Assembly: GCA_030765785.1 (NCBI GenBank)
Contig: JAVCCC010000050.1
Coordinates: forward strand, 3,629-67,628
DNA length: 64,000 nucleotides
Direction: 5' to 3'
Origin: Candidatus Aceula lacicola
Lineage (GTDB): Bacteria; Omnitrophota; Gorgyraeia; Zapsychrales; Aceulaceae
The notes beneath the pieces are model-generated. The model had not been told where the DNA came from. It saw only the letters and a list, made by a program, of their open reading frames with translations, and did not search any database. The position numbers were made by a program, and so were the translations under genes. Of this stretch, positions 19,506-28,155 are shown piece by piece. How positions within the stretch are numbered: the first letter of the stretch is position 1; each line of letters begins with the position of its first letter.

Positions 19506-20885
19506 TTATAATTCCTTTAATCCTAAATCTTTAAGCTGTTTTGTATCAATAGGTGTTGGCGCGTCGGTCAAAAGACAATTTCCTTTTTGTGTCTTTGGAA
19601 ACGCAATCGTATCTCTGATTGAATCCAAGCCCGTTAAAATAGCGACCAACCGATCAATCCCATAAGCAACGCCTGCGTGCGGTGGTGCGCCGTATTTAAA
19701 TGCTTTTAAAAGAAAACCAAAACGCTTTTCAGCTTCTTCTTCATCAAACCCTATTATATCAAATATCTTCTTTTGTACATCTTGTTTATGAATACGAACA
19801 GATCCGCTTCCAATCTCATTTCCATTTAAAACAAGATCATACGAACGTGATCGAATTTTACTTAGATCTTTTCCATCTAAAAATTTTTCATCTTCCTCGT
19901 AAAACGACGTAAACGGATGGTGCTCGCTATCCCACCGCTTTTCATCCTCATTGTATTTAAATAATGGAAAATCAACAATCCAAACAAACGCAAAATCTTC
20001 GCCTTCTTTTCTTATGTCTGGTTTGTCACTTTTATATTTTTTCATTGCTTCAGCGTGAGTTAGCCTTGGAAAAGGTGTCGGGATATCGATGCCTTTAATT
20101 TCTTTAAAAATTTTCTTATACATTCTCTCAGTCAAATCAAAAATATCATCTTGCTCCACAAAAGACATCTCCATATCTAACTGCGTAAATTCCGGCTGAC
20201 GATCAGCGCGAAGGTCTTCATCACGGAAGCATTTAACAATCTGATAATATTTATCCATTCCAGAAACCATCAAAATTTGCTTAAACAACTGCGGCGATTG
20301 TGGGAGCGCAAAAAACTCACCCGGATTAAGCCTAGACGGAACTAGAAAATCACGCGCCCCTTCTGGCGTTGATTTGGTCAACACAGGCGTTTCAATCTCA
20401 ATAAAACTTTCTTGATCTAAAAAGTTTCGAATGGTGGAACAAAGCTTGTGGCGCAATTGCAAAGATGTTTGCAGCTTTTGGCGTCTTAAATCTAAATAGC
20501 GATACGTAAGACGCAATTCTTCAGAAACATCGCCCTCATCATCAATTTCAAATACTGGCACCTCCGCCTCATTTAAAATCTCAAGACCGGTTGCACAAAG
20601 CTCAATAGTACCTGTAGGAATGCCCGCGTTAACATTCTTATCTGGACGAACATTCACCGTGCCTATAATTTTAACAACAAATTCTGGACCCAGCTGCTGC
20701 GCTTTTTCGTGAGCATCCTTGCTCACCGATGGAACAAAAACCACCTGCGTAAAACCGTAGCGGTCACGAATATCAATAAAAATAAGTTTTCCATGATCAC
20801 GTCTTCGATGCACCCAACCGCAAAGCGTAACTTCTTGATCTTTATGTGTCTTGTTTAATTCTCCGCATGTGTGCGTTCTAAGCAT
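19506..20885 (-). CDS. aspS: aspartate--tRNA ligase, bacterial type but lacking the GAD insertion domain
   Basis: N-terminal LRTHTCGEL, motif 2 (FRDEDLRADRQPEFTQLDMEMSF) and motif 3 (GAPPHAGVAYGIDRLV) are present. It is only 459 aa, and the sequence jumps from SDKPDIR straight to the VWIVDFPLF region. Confidence 0.88.
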   Translation of the reverse strand: MLRTHTCGELNKTHKDQEVTLCGWVHRRRDHGKLIFIDIRDRYGFTQVVFVPSVSKDAHEKAQQLGPEFVVKIIGTVNVRPDKNVNAGIPTGTIELCATGLEILNEAEVPVFEIDDEGDVSEELRLTYRYLDLRRQKLQTSLQLRHKLCSTIRNFLDQESFIEIETPVLTKSTPEGARDFLVPSRLNPGEFFALPQSPQLFKQILMVSGMDKYYQIVKCFRDEDLRADRQPEFTQLDMEMSFVEQDDIFDLTERMYKKIFKEIKGIDIPTPFPRLTHAEAMKKYKSDKPDIRKEGEDFAFVWIVDFPLFKYNEDEKRWDSEHHPFTSFYEEDEKFLDGKDLSKIRSRSYDLVLNGNEIGSGSVRIHKQDVQKKIFDIIGFDEEEAEKRFGFLLKAFKYGAPPHAGVAYGIDRLVAILTGLDSIRDTIAFPKTQKGNCLLTDAPTPIDTKQLKDLGLKEL

Positions 20886-20912
20886 AGCTAAAACTCCAGT
20901 ACAAATTGATTT

Positions 20913-22208
20913 CTATAATATTGAACTTATAAATTCAACAACCTTTTCGAGCTCGATTTCTTCTTGCTCGCCGATTTCCATATTCTTAAGGGTAATAATT
21001 CCTTTGTTCATCTCATCTTGACCAAGAATCAAAACGTATTTAGCGCCTGTCTTGTTGGCGGCTCTCATTTGAGCTTTCACAGAAGACGTTCGATACACAA
21101 TGTCACTCTTGATTCCGCTTACCCGTAAATCATTCAAAATACCAAAAGCTTTTTCAAATGCATTTTCATCGAGAGCGACAAGACATACATCTGCACCTAC
21201 TCCTTCTTGCGGTTCTCCTTGAAGTGCCAGCAAAATTCGCTCAACTCCAAGCGAAAATCCAACTGCGTCTACGCCTTTGCTTCCGCCAAGCTGTTCGACA
21301 AGCCCATTGTATCGTCCGCCAGCGCCAAGAGCGTCTTGACTTCCAAGAGACTTGCTTGTGATCTCAAAAACAATTCCTGTATAATAATCAAGACCCCGAA
21401 CTAAATCACACGCTTCCTGATATTCAACTCCTATTTCACCTAAAGCTTTTTTGACGTCCTTATAATATTTTTGGCTTTCTTCGGATAAATAATCACCTTT
21501 GATCTTAAGAGCTTCGACTTCTTTTTTACAGTCTTTATTTTTACAATCCAACACGCGAAAAATATTACGATCAAAACGCTGCTGACAATTCTTACACAAA
21601 CAAGATTGTTTCTTTTTTAGCTGTTCTCGCAAAGCGTTAGCAAAATTTTCTTTATCTTCTGACGATCCTAAGCTATTAATTTTTAAGACTGCATCTTTGA
21701 CACCAAAATTTTTAAGCAAATTCATGCTTAGAGAAATTACTTCTGCGTCTAAATACGCATTTTGACTATTCGGACCAATAGCCTCAACCCCAATTTGATT
21801 AAACTGGCGAAGTCTTCCTTTTTGCGGGCGTTCACCGCGAAACATTGCGCCAATATAAAATAATTTAGTTAGCGGCTCTTTGCGATCAATGCTATTTTCG
21901 ATATACGAACGCACAGCCGAAGCAGTGCCTTCAGGCCGAAGGGCAAATGTATTCTTGGATTCACCGGACTCGCCTTCTCGGGTATTTCTTTCAAGAGTCA
22001 ACATTTGCTTTTGAACCACATCGCTGGTCTTTCCCATTGAACGAGCAAACAAATCAACGTCTTCAAACATTGGCGTACGAATCTCTTTATAATTGTAGTT
22101 TTGAAGAATTTCATATGCCTTTTGTTCAACAAAAGACCATCTCAAAGCTTCAACCCCAAGAATATCAGCGGTTCCGCGTGGAATGGATATTTTTTTATTA
22201 TTCATCAT
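20913..22208 (-). CDS. hisS: histidine--tRNA ligase
   Basis: Class II motifs, a C-terminal anticodon-binding domain, and a Cys-rich insertion (CLCKNC...LDCKNKDC) of the kind seen in many HisRS. Confidence 0.92.
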   Translation of the reverse strand: MMNNKKISIPRGTADILGVEALRWSFVEQKAYEILQNYNYKEIRTPMFEDVDLFARSMGKTSDVVQKQMLTLERNTREGESGESKNTFALRPEGTASAVRSYIENSIDRKEPLTKLFYIGAMFRGERPQKGRLRQFNQIGVEAIGPNSQNAYLDAEVISLSMNLLKNFGVKDAVLKINSLGSSEDKENFANALREQLKKKQSCLCKNCQQRFDRNIFRVLDCKNKDCKKEVEALKIKGDYLSEESQKYYKDVKKALGEIGVEYQEACDLVRGLDYYTGIVFEITSKSLGSQDALGAGGRYNGLVEQLGGSKGVDAVGFSLGVERILLALQGEPQEGVGADVCLVALDENAFEKAFGILNDLRVSGIKSDIVYRTSSVKAQMRAANKTGAKYVLILGQDEMNKGIITLKNMEIGEQEEIELEKVVEFISSIL

Positions 22209-22227
22209 TTTTTGTTTTTATATGGGT

Positions 22228-22257
22228 AAGGGCGGAGAAGCTCTCTTCTCCGCCCTT
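22228..22257 (-). terminator. GC-rich 13-bp perfect stem-loop (AAGGGCGGAGAAG-CTCT-CTTCTCCGCCCTT) between hup and hisS
   Basis: Perfect inverted repeat read directly, 38 nt downstream of the hup stop and 20 nt upstream of the hisS ATG. It lacks a clean U-tract on the minus strand, so it may be a partial terminator or attenuator. Confidence 0.5.
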
Positions 22258-22295
22258 TATATCTATATTTATATTCTAATCAAAATTAAAAAAAA

Positions 22296-22568
22296 TTATT
22301 TAATTTTTTGTTTCATTTCAAGGCCAGGCTTAAACACAACAACTTTTCTAGGGGGGACAGGAACGCTCTCACCTGTGCGAGGATTTCTGCCGAAGCGTGC
22401 TCTTCTTTCTTTAATCTTGAACACACCAAAATTACGCAATTCGACTTTTTCGTTGCGGGTAAGACTTTCAATAATCGAATCAAATGTTTTCTGAACGATT
22501 TTCTTAACGTCAACCTGCTTAATTCCAGTCGAATCTGTAATCCTTAAAACGATATCTTTCTTTGTCAT
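22296..22568 (-). CDS. hup: HU/IHF-family DNA-binding protein
   Basis: 90 aa with the HU arm (RNPRTGESVPVPPRKVVVFKPG). Confidence 0.92.
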   Translation of the reverse strand: MTKKDIVLRITDSTGIKQVDVKKIVQKTFDSIIESLTRNEKVELRNFGVFKIKERRARFGRNPRTGESVPVPPRKVVVFKPGLEMKQKIK

Positions 22569-22667
22569 TGAATTCCACCTCCCAGTCCTAAGTATCGTAT
22601 CAACAAGCGCTTAGGGTGTCAAGGGTAAAATAATAGTCCAAAAACATCTATTTTCTGGATTCCTTGC

Positions 22668-22691
22668 AATTCAGCGTACGCACGCTGAATT
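22668..22691 (-). terminator. 10-bp perfect hairpin (AATTCAGCGT-ACGC-ACGCTGAATT) overlapping the stop codon of the 1067-aa gene
   Basis: Inverted repeat read directly from the sequence. Downstream minus-strand flank is only moderately U-rich. Confidence 0.35.
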
Positions 22692-25600
22692 AGGGATTCA
22701 CAGACCCCAAAGCTGGCGCATCGCGATAACGATTAACCTTTTTCGTCATAACCGCTGCCTTATCCTCACTTCCCATTTTTTGATACAAAACTGACATGTT
22801 ATGATAAATTTTTATATTATAAGGCAATATTTCTGCTGCTTTTTCATAAATCGCAAGAGCATAATCAGGCTTATTCACGAGCTCGCAATACTTAGCCATA
22901 TTCTCATAAATTAAAAAAAGATGCGGATTGTTAATAAGTAGTACTTCTAAAATATTCATTGCATTAGAAAAATCACCGCTTAAAAAATACGCCTCACTCA
23001 ATTTAAGCCCACTTTCTACTTCTAATCCCTCTTCTTTTATGCCCTGCTCAAAATAACGAATAGCATCTAAATACCGTTGAAATTTTATTAAAGATTGTGC
23101 ATATGCAAAAAGATATTCGGAATTCTTTGGTTCAATCTCAACAGCCTTTTGAAACTGAGCAAGAGCTAGCTTATGCTCACCTTTGAGAGCATAAGCCTTA
23201 GCTAAATAAAAATACGCCTCGGCTGATGGTGTGCCTCTTTTAACATAGTCACTAAAATTCTCAATGGCGCTATCTGGATTATTATTTTTCAGCTGCAAAA
23301 GTCCAAAGTTAAAAACCGCACCAGGATTCTTTTCTTCTAACCCATTTGATACACTTAACTCAAGAATGGCTTTTTCTGCAAATGCATCTTTTTTAAGATA
23401 AGCTCGGGTTAAAGCATTATGAAACGAAACCTTCTCTGGCTTATCCTCTTTCATATTGACTATCTTTGGATAACGTGCATGCCTGTGTTTCTCTACCAAG
23501 GCCTGATTCTTTGCGACAACAGTCTCATAATTATACAAATTTAAAGGAGCAGAATACTCAAGTCGCGGAAAATTATCATTGTTAATATTCGCATCTTCAG
23601 ACATTTTTTTAAGCTCTTTATTAGTCAATAAAAAACAAGATAAGAGGCCCGCGGCACCGCTTATCTTAAACTGAGACAAGTCTTCACTAACTTGCTGATT
23701 ACTTTTTATAATTTGATCAACTCTGCCAAAGTCATAAACTTGCTCGTCGTCAGAACCTATTAAAAGAAAATCTGCCGACGTTGTATTCCAAAGACTGACA
23801 TGTTTAAAAACTGACTGAAACGTCTTTACAATCATCTTTATGTTTTCAGGTGACATACTGTAGGTATTGCACCACTGACACACAATCCCTCCAGACTTAA
23901 GCCGTGATTTCATAAGTTCAAATTGCTCAATAGTAAAAAGATTGGCAACACCCGCCATCCAAGGGCTCGATGGCTCCGAGACAATAACATCATACAGATC
24001 CTTTTCAACCAAAAGATGATTGCGGCCATCGTTAATAAAATTCTTCAATCTTGCATCTTTTAGGACATTCCGATTTTCTTTTAAAAAGAATTCTGCAGCC
24101 TCAACAACGCCTCTCTCAAGCTCAACGCAATGTATTTCGTCGTAAGGATACGCAGCAAGCGCTGCAAGCGTCACTCCACTTCCCATTCCAATAACTAAAG
24201 CCTTTTTAGGAGGTTGCGCTAATAAAAGCGTTGGCAAGTGTCCCAGCATCAGCTGAGTAAACATATCTCCGGAAGAGGCATCAATATTCGAATTAATAGC
24301 AAGCATGATGTTTCCTTGTTTTCTTTTTACCGTCACAATTCCGCTTAAACCTTCCTTATAAAAAAGCATCTCCCTTTGGCCTAGTGAATTTTTTATCTGA
24401 TACTTATTATGTCCAAGATATGCTTGCGGATTAATCGCAATATTTGTCGTTAGAATATTTTTAGACCATCCTTTGGTTAGAGGCAGAAGAAAAAGTACGG
24501 CTAAAACAAGACACGCAGGGGCAATCATTTTTTTTCTGAACAATATCTTTTCAGAGCCAATCAAAATAGCGACACCCACAAAAAGATTTATACAAATTGC
24601 GACAACTAGGGTTTGCAATATCCCTATCAAAGGAACTAAAATAAAACCTACGGCAAATGAACCAAAAATACATCCCATGGTATTTGCACAATATGCGGAT
24701 CCGACTGTTTTTCCTGTGGTGCGAGCAGATCGATTGAGCAATTGCGTAACAATGGCAAACGTTGCGCCAATAAATATCGTCGGAAGAAGCATGACAAGGC
24801 TGCAAAGAAGAAATCGTCCAAGCTGAAAACCTATTCCAACATCTTTTGTAAAACTAAATAATCTTAAAAAATAAAATGGAATCTCATTAAAAAATCGAAT
24901 GCCGATAAGAACAAAAAACGCTATCGCGAGCTCAACAAAGGCAAAGGTTAAATAATTAATTCTTATCCGCTTTGACAGCCACCCGATCACAAGGCTCCCC
25001 AACGCCAAACCTATCAAGAATGTTGCCAACATAATGGCAAATGAATAAACCGAGCTCCCCAAACAAAGAGCAAGAATCTTTGTCCAGCAAATCTCGTACG
25101 CCATTGATGTGAATCCTGAGAGCCCAAAACCCAAAAACAATAATAGGATGAGGTGTTCTTCGCAAAGCCGATTATTATTCTTTTCTGCACCAACAGGCTC
25201 TAGAGAGACCCTCTCTTGCTCATCCGATGTCTGCCAAATATTTTGAGCAGAAAAAGACTGCACCCCTTTTTTAAATAAAAAAAGTGATGCAATTCCTATC
25301 ACAATATTAATCGCCGCTGCAATAAAAACGGTTGATTTTAACCCGAAATAATATATGGCAAAAAAACTGCTAAACAGCACGCCAACGCAAGCCCCGAATG
25401 TATTGATACCATAAAGAAATCCCGCATCCTCAGCTGTCCTTTTTGCATTCCTCACCAAAAACTTCATTAAAACAGGTAATGTCCCACCCATTAAGAATGT
25501 TGGAATAAGCATTAAGATAAACGCCATAAAAAAACGAATGAGACTAAACTGAAAAAATGTAGGCGAGGTCTGCTGGTAGATTAAAACATACAAATTCTCA

Positions 25601-25893
25601 ATCAATTTCCAGAGTGCAGGAGTGAAAATACAAAAAACACCTATGCCAATTTCCAAAAGACCATAGATTAAGACCGGGTCCCCTTTTTTATCGATATGCC
25701 TTCCAAAAAAAAAGCTTCCGAGTCCTAGTCCAGCCATAAATGCTGCTAGCACCGTGCTAATGGCAAAAGTTGTGTTTCCAAAAACAAGTCCCAGCATTCT
25801 TAGCCACACAACCTCATAGACAAGGCCACACGCACCAGACAAAAAGAACATCAGGGCGATGACAGAAAAAACGATTTTTGAATTATCTTTCAT
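22690..25893 (-). CDS. fused MFS-like transporter / spermidine synthase-like / TPR-repeat membrane protein
   Basis: 1067 aa built from an N-terminal ~12-TM block, a central aminopropyltransferase-like Rossmann region (KKALVIGMGSGVTLAALAAYPYDEIHCVELE) and a C-terminal run of TPR repeats. Confidence 0.8.
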   Translation of the reverse strand: MKDNSKIVFSVIALMFFLSGACGLVYEVVWLRMLGLVFGNTTFAISTVLAAFMAGLGLGSFFFGRHIDKKGDPVLIYGLLEIGIGVFCIFTPALWKLIENLYVLIYQQTSPTFFQFSLIRFFMAFILMLIPTFLMGGTLPVLMKFLVRNAKRTAEDAGFLYGINTFGACVGVLFSSFFAIYYFGLKSTVFIAAAINIVIGIASLFLFKKGVQSFSAQNIWQTSDEQERVSLEPVGAEKNNNRLCEEHLILLLFLGFGLSGFTSMAYEICWTKILALCLGSSVYSFAIMLATFLIGLALGSLVIGWLSKRIRINYLTFAFVELAIAFFVLIGIRFFNEIPFYFLRLFSFTKDVGIGFQLGRFLLCSLVMLLPTIFIGATFAIVTQLLNRSARTTGKTVGSAYCANTMGCIFGSFAVGFILVPLIGILQTLVVAICINLFVGVAILIGSEKILFRKKMIAPACLVLAVLFLLPLTKGWSKNILTTNIAINPQAYLGHNKYQIKNSLGQREMLFYKEGLSGIVTVKRKQGNIMLAINSNIDASSGDMFTQLMLGHLPTLLLAQPPKKALVIGMGSGVTLAALAAYPYDEIHCVELERGVVEAAEFFLKENRNVLKDARLKNFINDGRNHLLVEKDLYDVIVSEPSSPWMAGVANLFTIEQFELMKSRLKSGGIVCQWCNTYSMSPENIKMIVKTFQSVFKHVSLWNTTSADFLLIGSDDEQVYDFGRVDQIIKSNQQVSEDLSQFKISGAAGLLSCFLLTNKELKKMSEDANINNDNFPRLEYSAPLNLYNYETVVAKNQALVEKHRHARYPKIVNMKEDKPEKVSFHNALTRAYLKKDAFAEKAILELSVSNGLEEKNPGAVFNFGLLQLKNNNPDSAIENFSDYVKRGTPSAEAYFYLAKAYALKGEHKLALAQFQKAVEIEPKNSEYLFAYAQSLIKFQRYLDAIRYFEQGIKEEGLEVESGLKLSEAYFLSGDFSNAMNILEVLLINNPHLFLIYENMAKYCELVNKPDYALAIYEKAAEILPYNIKIYHNMSVLYQKMGSEDKAAVMTKKVNRYRDAPALGSVNP

Positions 25894-26031
25894 ATAATAA
25901 ATGAACGTAAATAAAATTAAAGACTCCCAACACGCGTACGCGTATCAGAACTAAATATTCTATCCATTCTACTATTCATCTAAAAAATAGGCAAGACATC
26001 TCCTTTTCCTGATATAATAATAAAAAAGGAG

Positions 26032-26427
26032 GTGGACATGGGGTCTTCATTATATATTGCTAGGGTTATTGGGCCGGTGCTTCTTGTTGTTTCTCTGGGC
26101 ATGATCTTTAATCGAGGATTTTACAAGAAAGTCTTGGAAGATTATTGCAAGAATGCAGCCCTCGTCTTTTTTACAAGCATAGCACCGCTTGTGGTTGGCA
26201 TCATCATCGTGTTACACCACAATATTTGGGTGGCTAATTGGACGGTAATCATAACAATTTTTGGGTGGGGTGGAATCCTCAAAGGTATCTGGCTTATTAT
26301 TTTTCCAAACACAATCACTCATTTTATGGAAGCTTACAGTAAAAGAGATGCCGTCCTATTTGCTCATTCTGCTATCGCTCTTGCTCTTGGCTTAACTTTA
26401 ACCGTTTTTGGATACTTCATAGGATAA
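26032..26427 (+). CDS. hypothetical 4-TM membrane protein
   Basis: 131-aa ORF with four hydrophobic helices and a strong SD (AAGGAGGTG) 6 nt upstream. Confidence 0.5.
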   Translation: MDMGSSLYIARVIGPVLLVVSLGMIFNRGFYKKVLEDYCKNAALVFFTSIAPLVVGIIIVLHHNIWVANWTVIITIFGWGGILKGIWLIIFPNTITHFMEAYSKRDAVLFAHSAIALALGLTLTVFGYFIG

Positions 26428-26454
26428 AATAAACTTATTCTATAAATATTTAAA

Positions 26455-26484
26455 GGGGCAGCTTTTCAGCTGCCCCTTCTTTTT
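26455..26484. terminator. bidirectional rho-independent terminator (GGGGCAGCT-TTTC-AGCTGCCCC, then TTCTTTTT)
   Basis: 9-bp GC-rich stem with a T-run on the plus side and an A-run upstream, sitting between two convergent genes. Confidence 0.8.
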
Positions 26485-26510
26485 AACCAAACTTTTTCTA
26501 TCTTGTTTAA

Positions 26511-26828
26511 TTACGAACGAATCATCGTCAACATCATTTTAAATTTCTGGATAGCTTTCAAAGCATGCAATTCTCCAAAAGGCAATATAATCATCTCTCC
26601 TGCTTTAACGATATATGGCTTTTTTGAAATTGTGATTTCAGCCTCCCCGTCTAGCACGCAAACCAACGCATCGAAAGGCGCGGTGTGCTCACTTAATCCT
26701 TGTCCTTGATCAAATGCGAACAAGGTGACAGTACCGGTTTCTTTCTTTATAACCGTTTTGCTAACAACAGCTGCATCTTGATACTTGACTAAATCAATCA
26801 ATGAACTTGCCTTTATTTCATCACTCAT
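26511..26828 (-). CDS. cupin domain protein
   Basis: 105-aa single cupin barrel (GQGLSEHTAPFDALVCVLDGEAEI). Confidence 0.7.
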   Translation of the reverse strand: MSDEIKASSLIDLVKYQDAAVVSKTVIKKETGTVTLFAFDQGQGLSEHTAPFDALVCVLDGEAEITISKKPYIVKAGEMIILPFGELHALKAIQKFKMMLTMIRS

Positions 26829-26845
26829 TTTTTCTCCGTAATCCT

Positions 26846-27277
26846 TTATTGATACCTCATTAAATTATGCTCTAACCAACCACCAGGCTTGCGATATTGC
26901 GGATCGTGATGCGTCCAATGAACAACGCCTCCTTCATCATTCCATTCATACTCGCCATAAAAATAAACCGTATCGTCAATACGCAAATCATCAACGCGCA
27001 GGGCAATGTCAATGTTGTGTGCAATAAAAATGGTTTGACCAGTTGAGAGTTTCAGAATAAATCGCTGATGACGGCTTCCCTTTAGATCATCAGGAAGAAT
27101 CTTGACAACATGGCCTTTAGATTCAACAAAAAAATTGGATTGATGATTTTGAAAAGCCGAATAAATCTTTCGCGCGTCATCTTGATGATGCGCCGCTATA
27201 CCAACAAGTATTGGCTTTGGCGGTTGAACATCACACCCGAAAAATAAACAAATAATTAAAACAATAAAAATTCTCAA
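26846..27277 (-). CDS. DUF3465-like lipoprotein
   Basis: Lipobox (FFGC) and a DUF3465-like core (HQRFILKL...GEYEWN...VVHWTHHDP). Confidence 0.5.
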   Translation of the reverse strand: MRIFIVLIICLFFGCDVQPPKPILVGIAAHHQDDARKIYSAFQNHQSNFFVESKGHVVKILPDDLKGSRHQRFILKLSTGQTIFIAHNIDIALRVDDLRIDDTVYFYGEYEWNDEGGVVHWTHHDPQYRKPGGWLEHNLMRYQ

Positions 27278-27310
27278 TAAATACCTCTTGAAAAATAATG
27301 CCTATGCTTT

Positions 27311-27763
27311 TTACCAATAAAGCTTTTTAAATCGATTTGAATATCGTTTTACCCATTTATGAGAGGCCTCCTCTAAAGAAATTTCTTTACCAGTCTGAAG
27401 AACAAGCAAATCTCGATATTCAGAAATTAAATAAATCTGCTCGATCATCTTAACTTTAAATGCTTCGCGTAACCTAAAAAAACTTACCGCAATATCGTAA
27501 AGTTGAGTCTCGGCATTCTGCACACACCGAACAACCTTAGCCTGCACATTAAAAAGCTTATCTTCAAAAGGCATCTTAATTGAAATAATTGAATCAACAT
27601 CAACAGGATTTCTACCGGGAAAAAGCAAGCCTCCAATGCTAACGTTAATTGTTTCAGAACGATTATCTTCATCATCCTTCTGAACTTTTGAATTAACAAC
27701 CTCGTAAGCAAGCGGCAACGATAATGGATGCCGGATAAACTGTCTTTTTTCTTTTTTTTGCAT
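27311..27763 (-). CDS. PilZ domain protein (c-di-GMP binding)
   Basis: RQFIRHP (RxxxR) and NVSIGG (D/NxSxxG) motifs; 150 aa. Confidence 0.75.
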   Translation of the reverse strand: MQKKEKRQFIRHPLSLPLAYEVVNSKVQKDDEDNRSETINVSIGGLLFPGRNPVDVDSIISIKMPFEDKLFNVQAKVVRCVQNAETQLYDIAVSFFRLREAFKVKMIEQIYLISEYRDLLVLQTGKEISLEEASHKWVKRYSNRFKKLYW

Positions 27764-27880
27764 AATCTACCAATCGCTTTCTTAAATGAGCACATGATTT
27801 ATGAAACGCTAGTGAACATAAATCATAGATGCGAATTTACCCCAGAAGCGCTTCTCAGCGACGCGGGGCTTCCTCTTTCC

Positions 27881-28135
27881 CTACCTCTCGTGTCCATACT
27901 TTTCATAATCAATACCAAATTCTTCCATGTCGCATTTCATTGGACCATGGAAACCAAACGGAGTCTCGGCAAAAAATGCATCGACCACATCTTTTTCTTC
28001 AACTTGCTCTCGATTGTTTTCTTTGGCAAAGCTTTCAGCCTTTTTCAAAATCGTTTCTTTTGCCATAGCACGAATAAACACCGGTGTTTTTTTAATCAAT
28101 TTATTAAAAATGCCTTGCGCTTGTTTACTCCACAT
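27881..28135 (-). CDS. PCP_red-like small protein (protochlorophyllide reductase C-terminal domain family)
   Basis: 84 aa with the KTPVFIRAMAKETILKKAESFAKE pattern typical of PF08369-like proteins. Confidence 0.45.
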   Translation of the reverse strand: MWSKQAQGIFNKLIKKTPVFIRAMAKETILKKAESFAKENNREQVEEKDVVDAFFAETPFGFHGPMKCDMEEFGIDYEKYGHER

Positions 28136-28155
28136 AATTTAACATATCGCCTTTC

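Noticed and set aside
21500-21620. Cys-rich insertion in HisRS (CLCKNC...LDCKNKDC)
   Set aside because: A CxxC...C-type zinc-binding motif in the HisRS insertion domain occurs in many bacterial HisRS enzymes. It is not a novel fusion.
21947-22494. Plus-strand ORFs 21947-22279 and 22183-22494
   Set aside because: They overlap hisS, hup and the hup-hisS hairpin. Their sequences are low-complexity (FIWVRAEKLSSPPFISIFIF...). They are spurious antisense frames.
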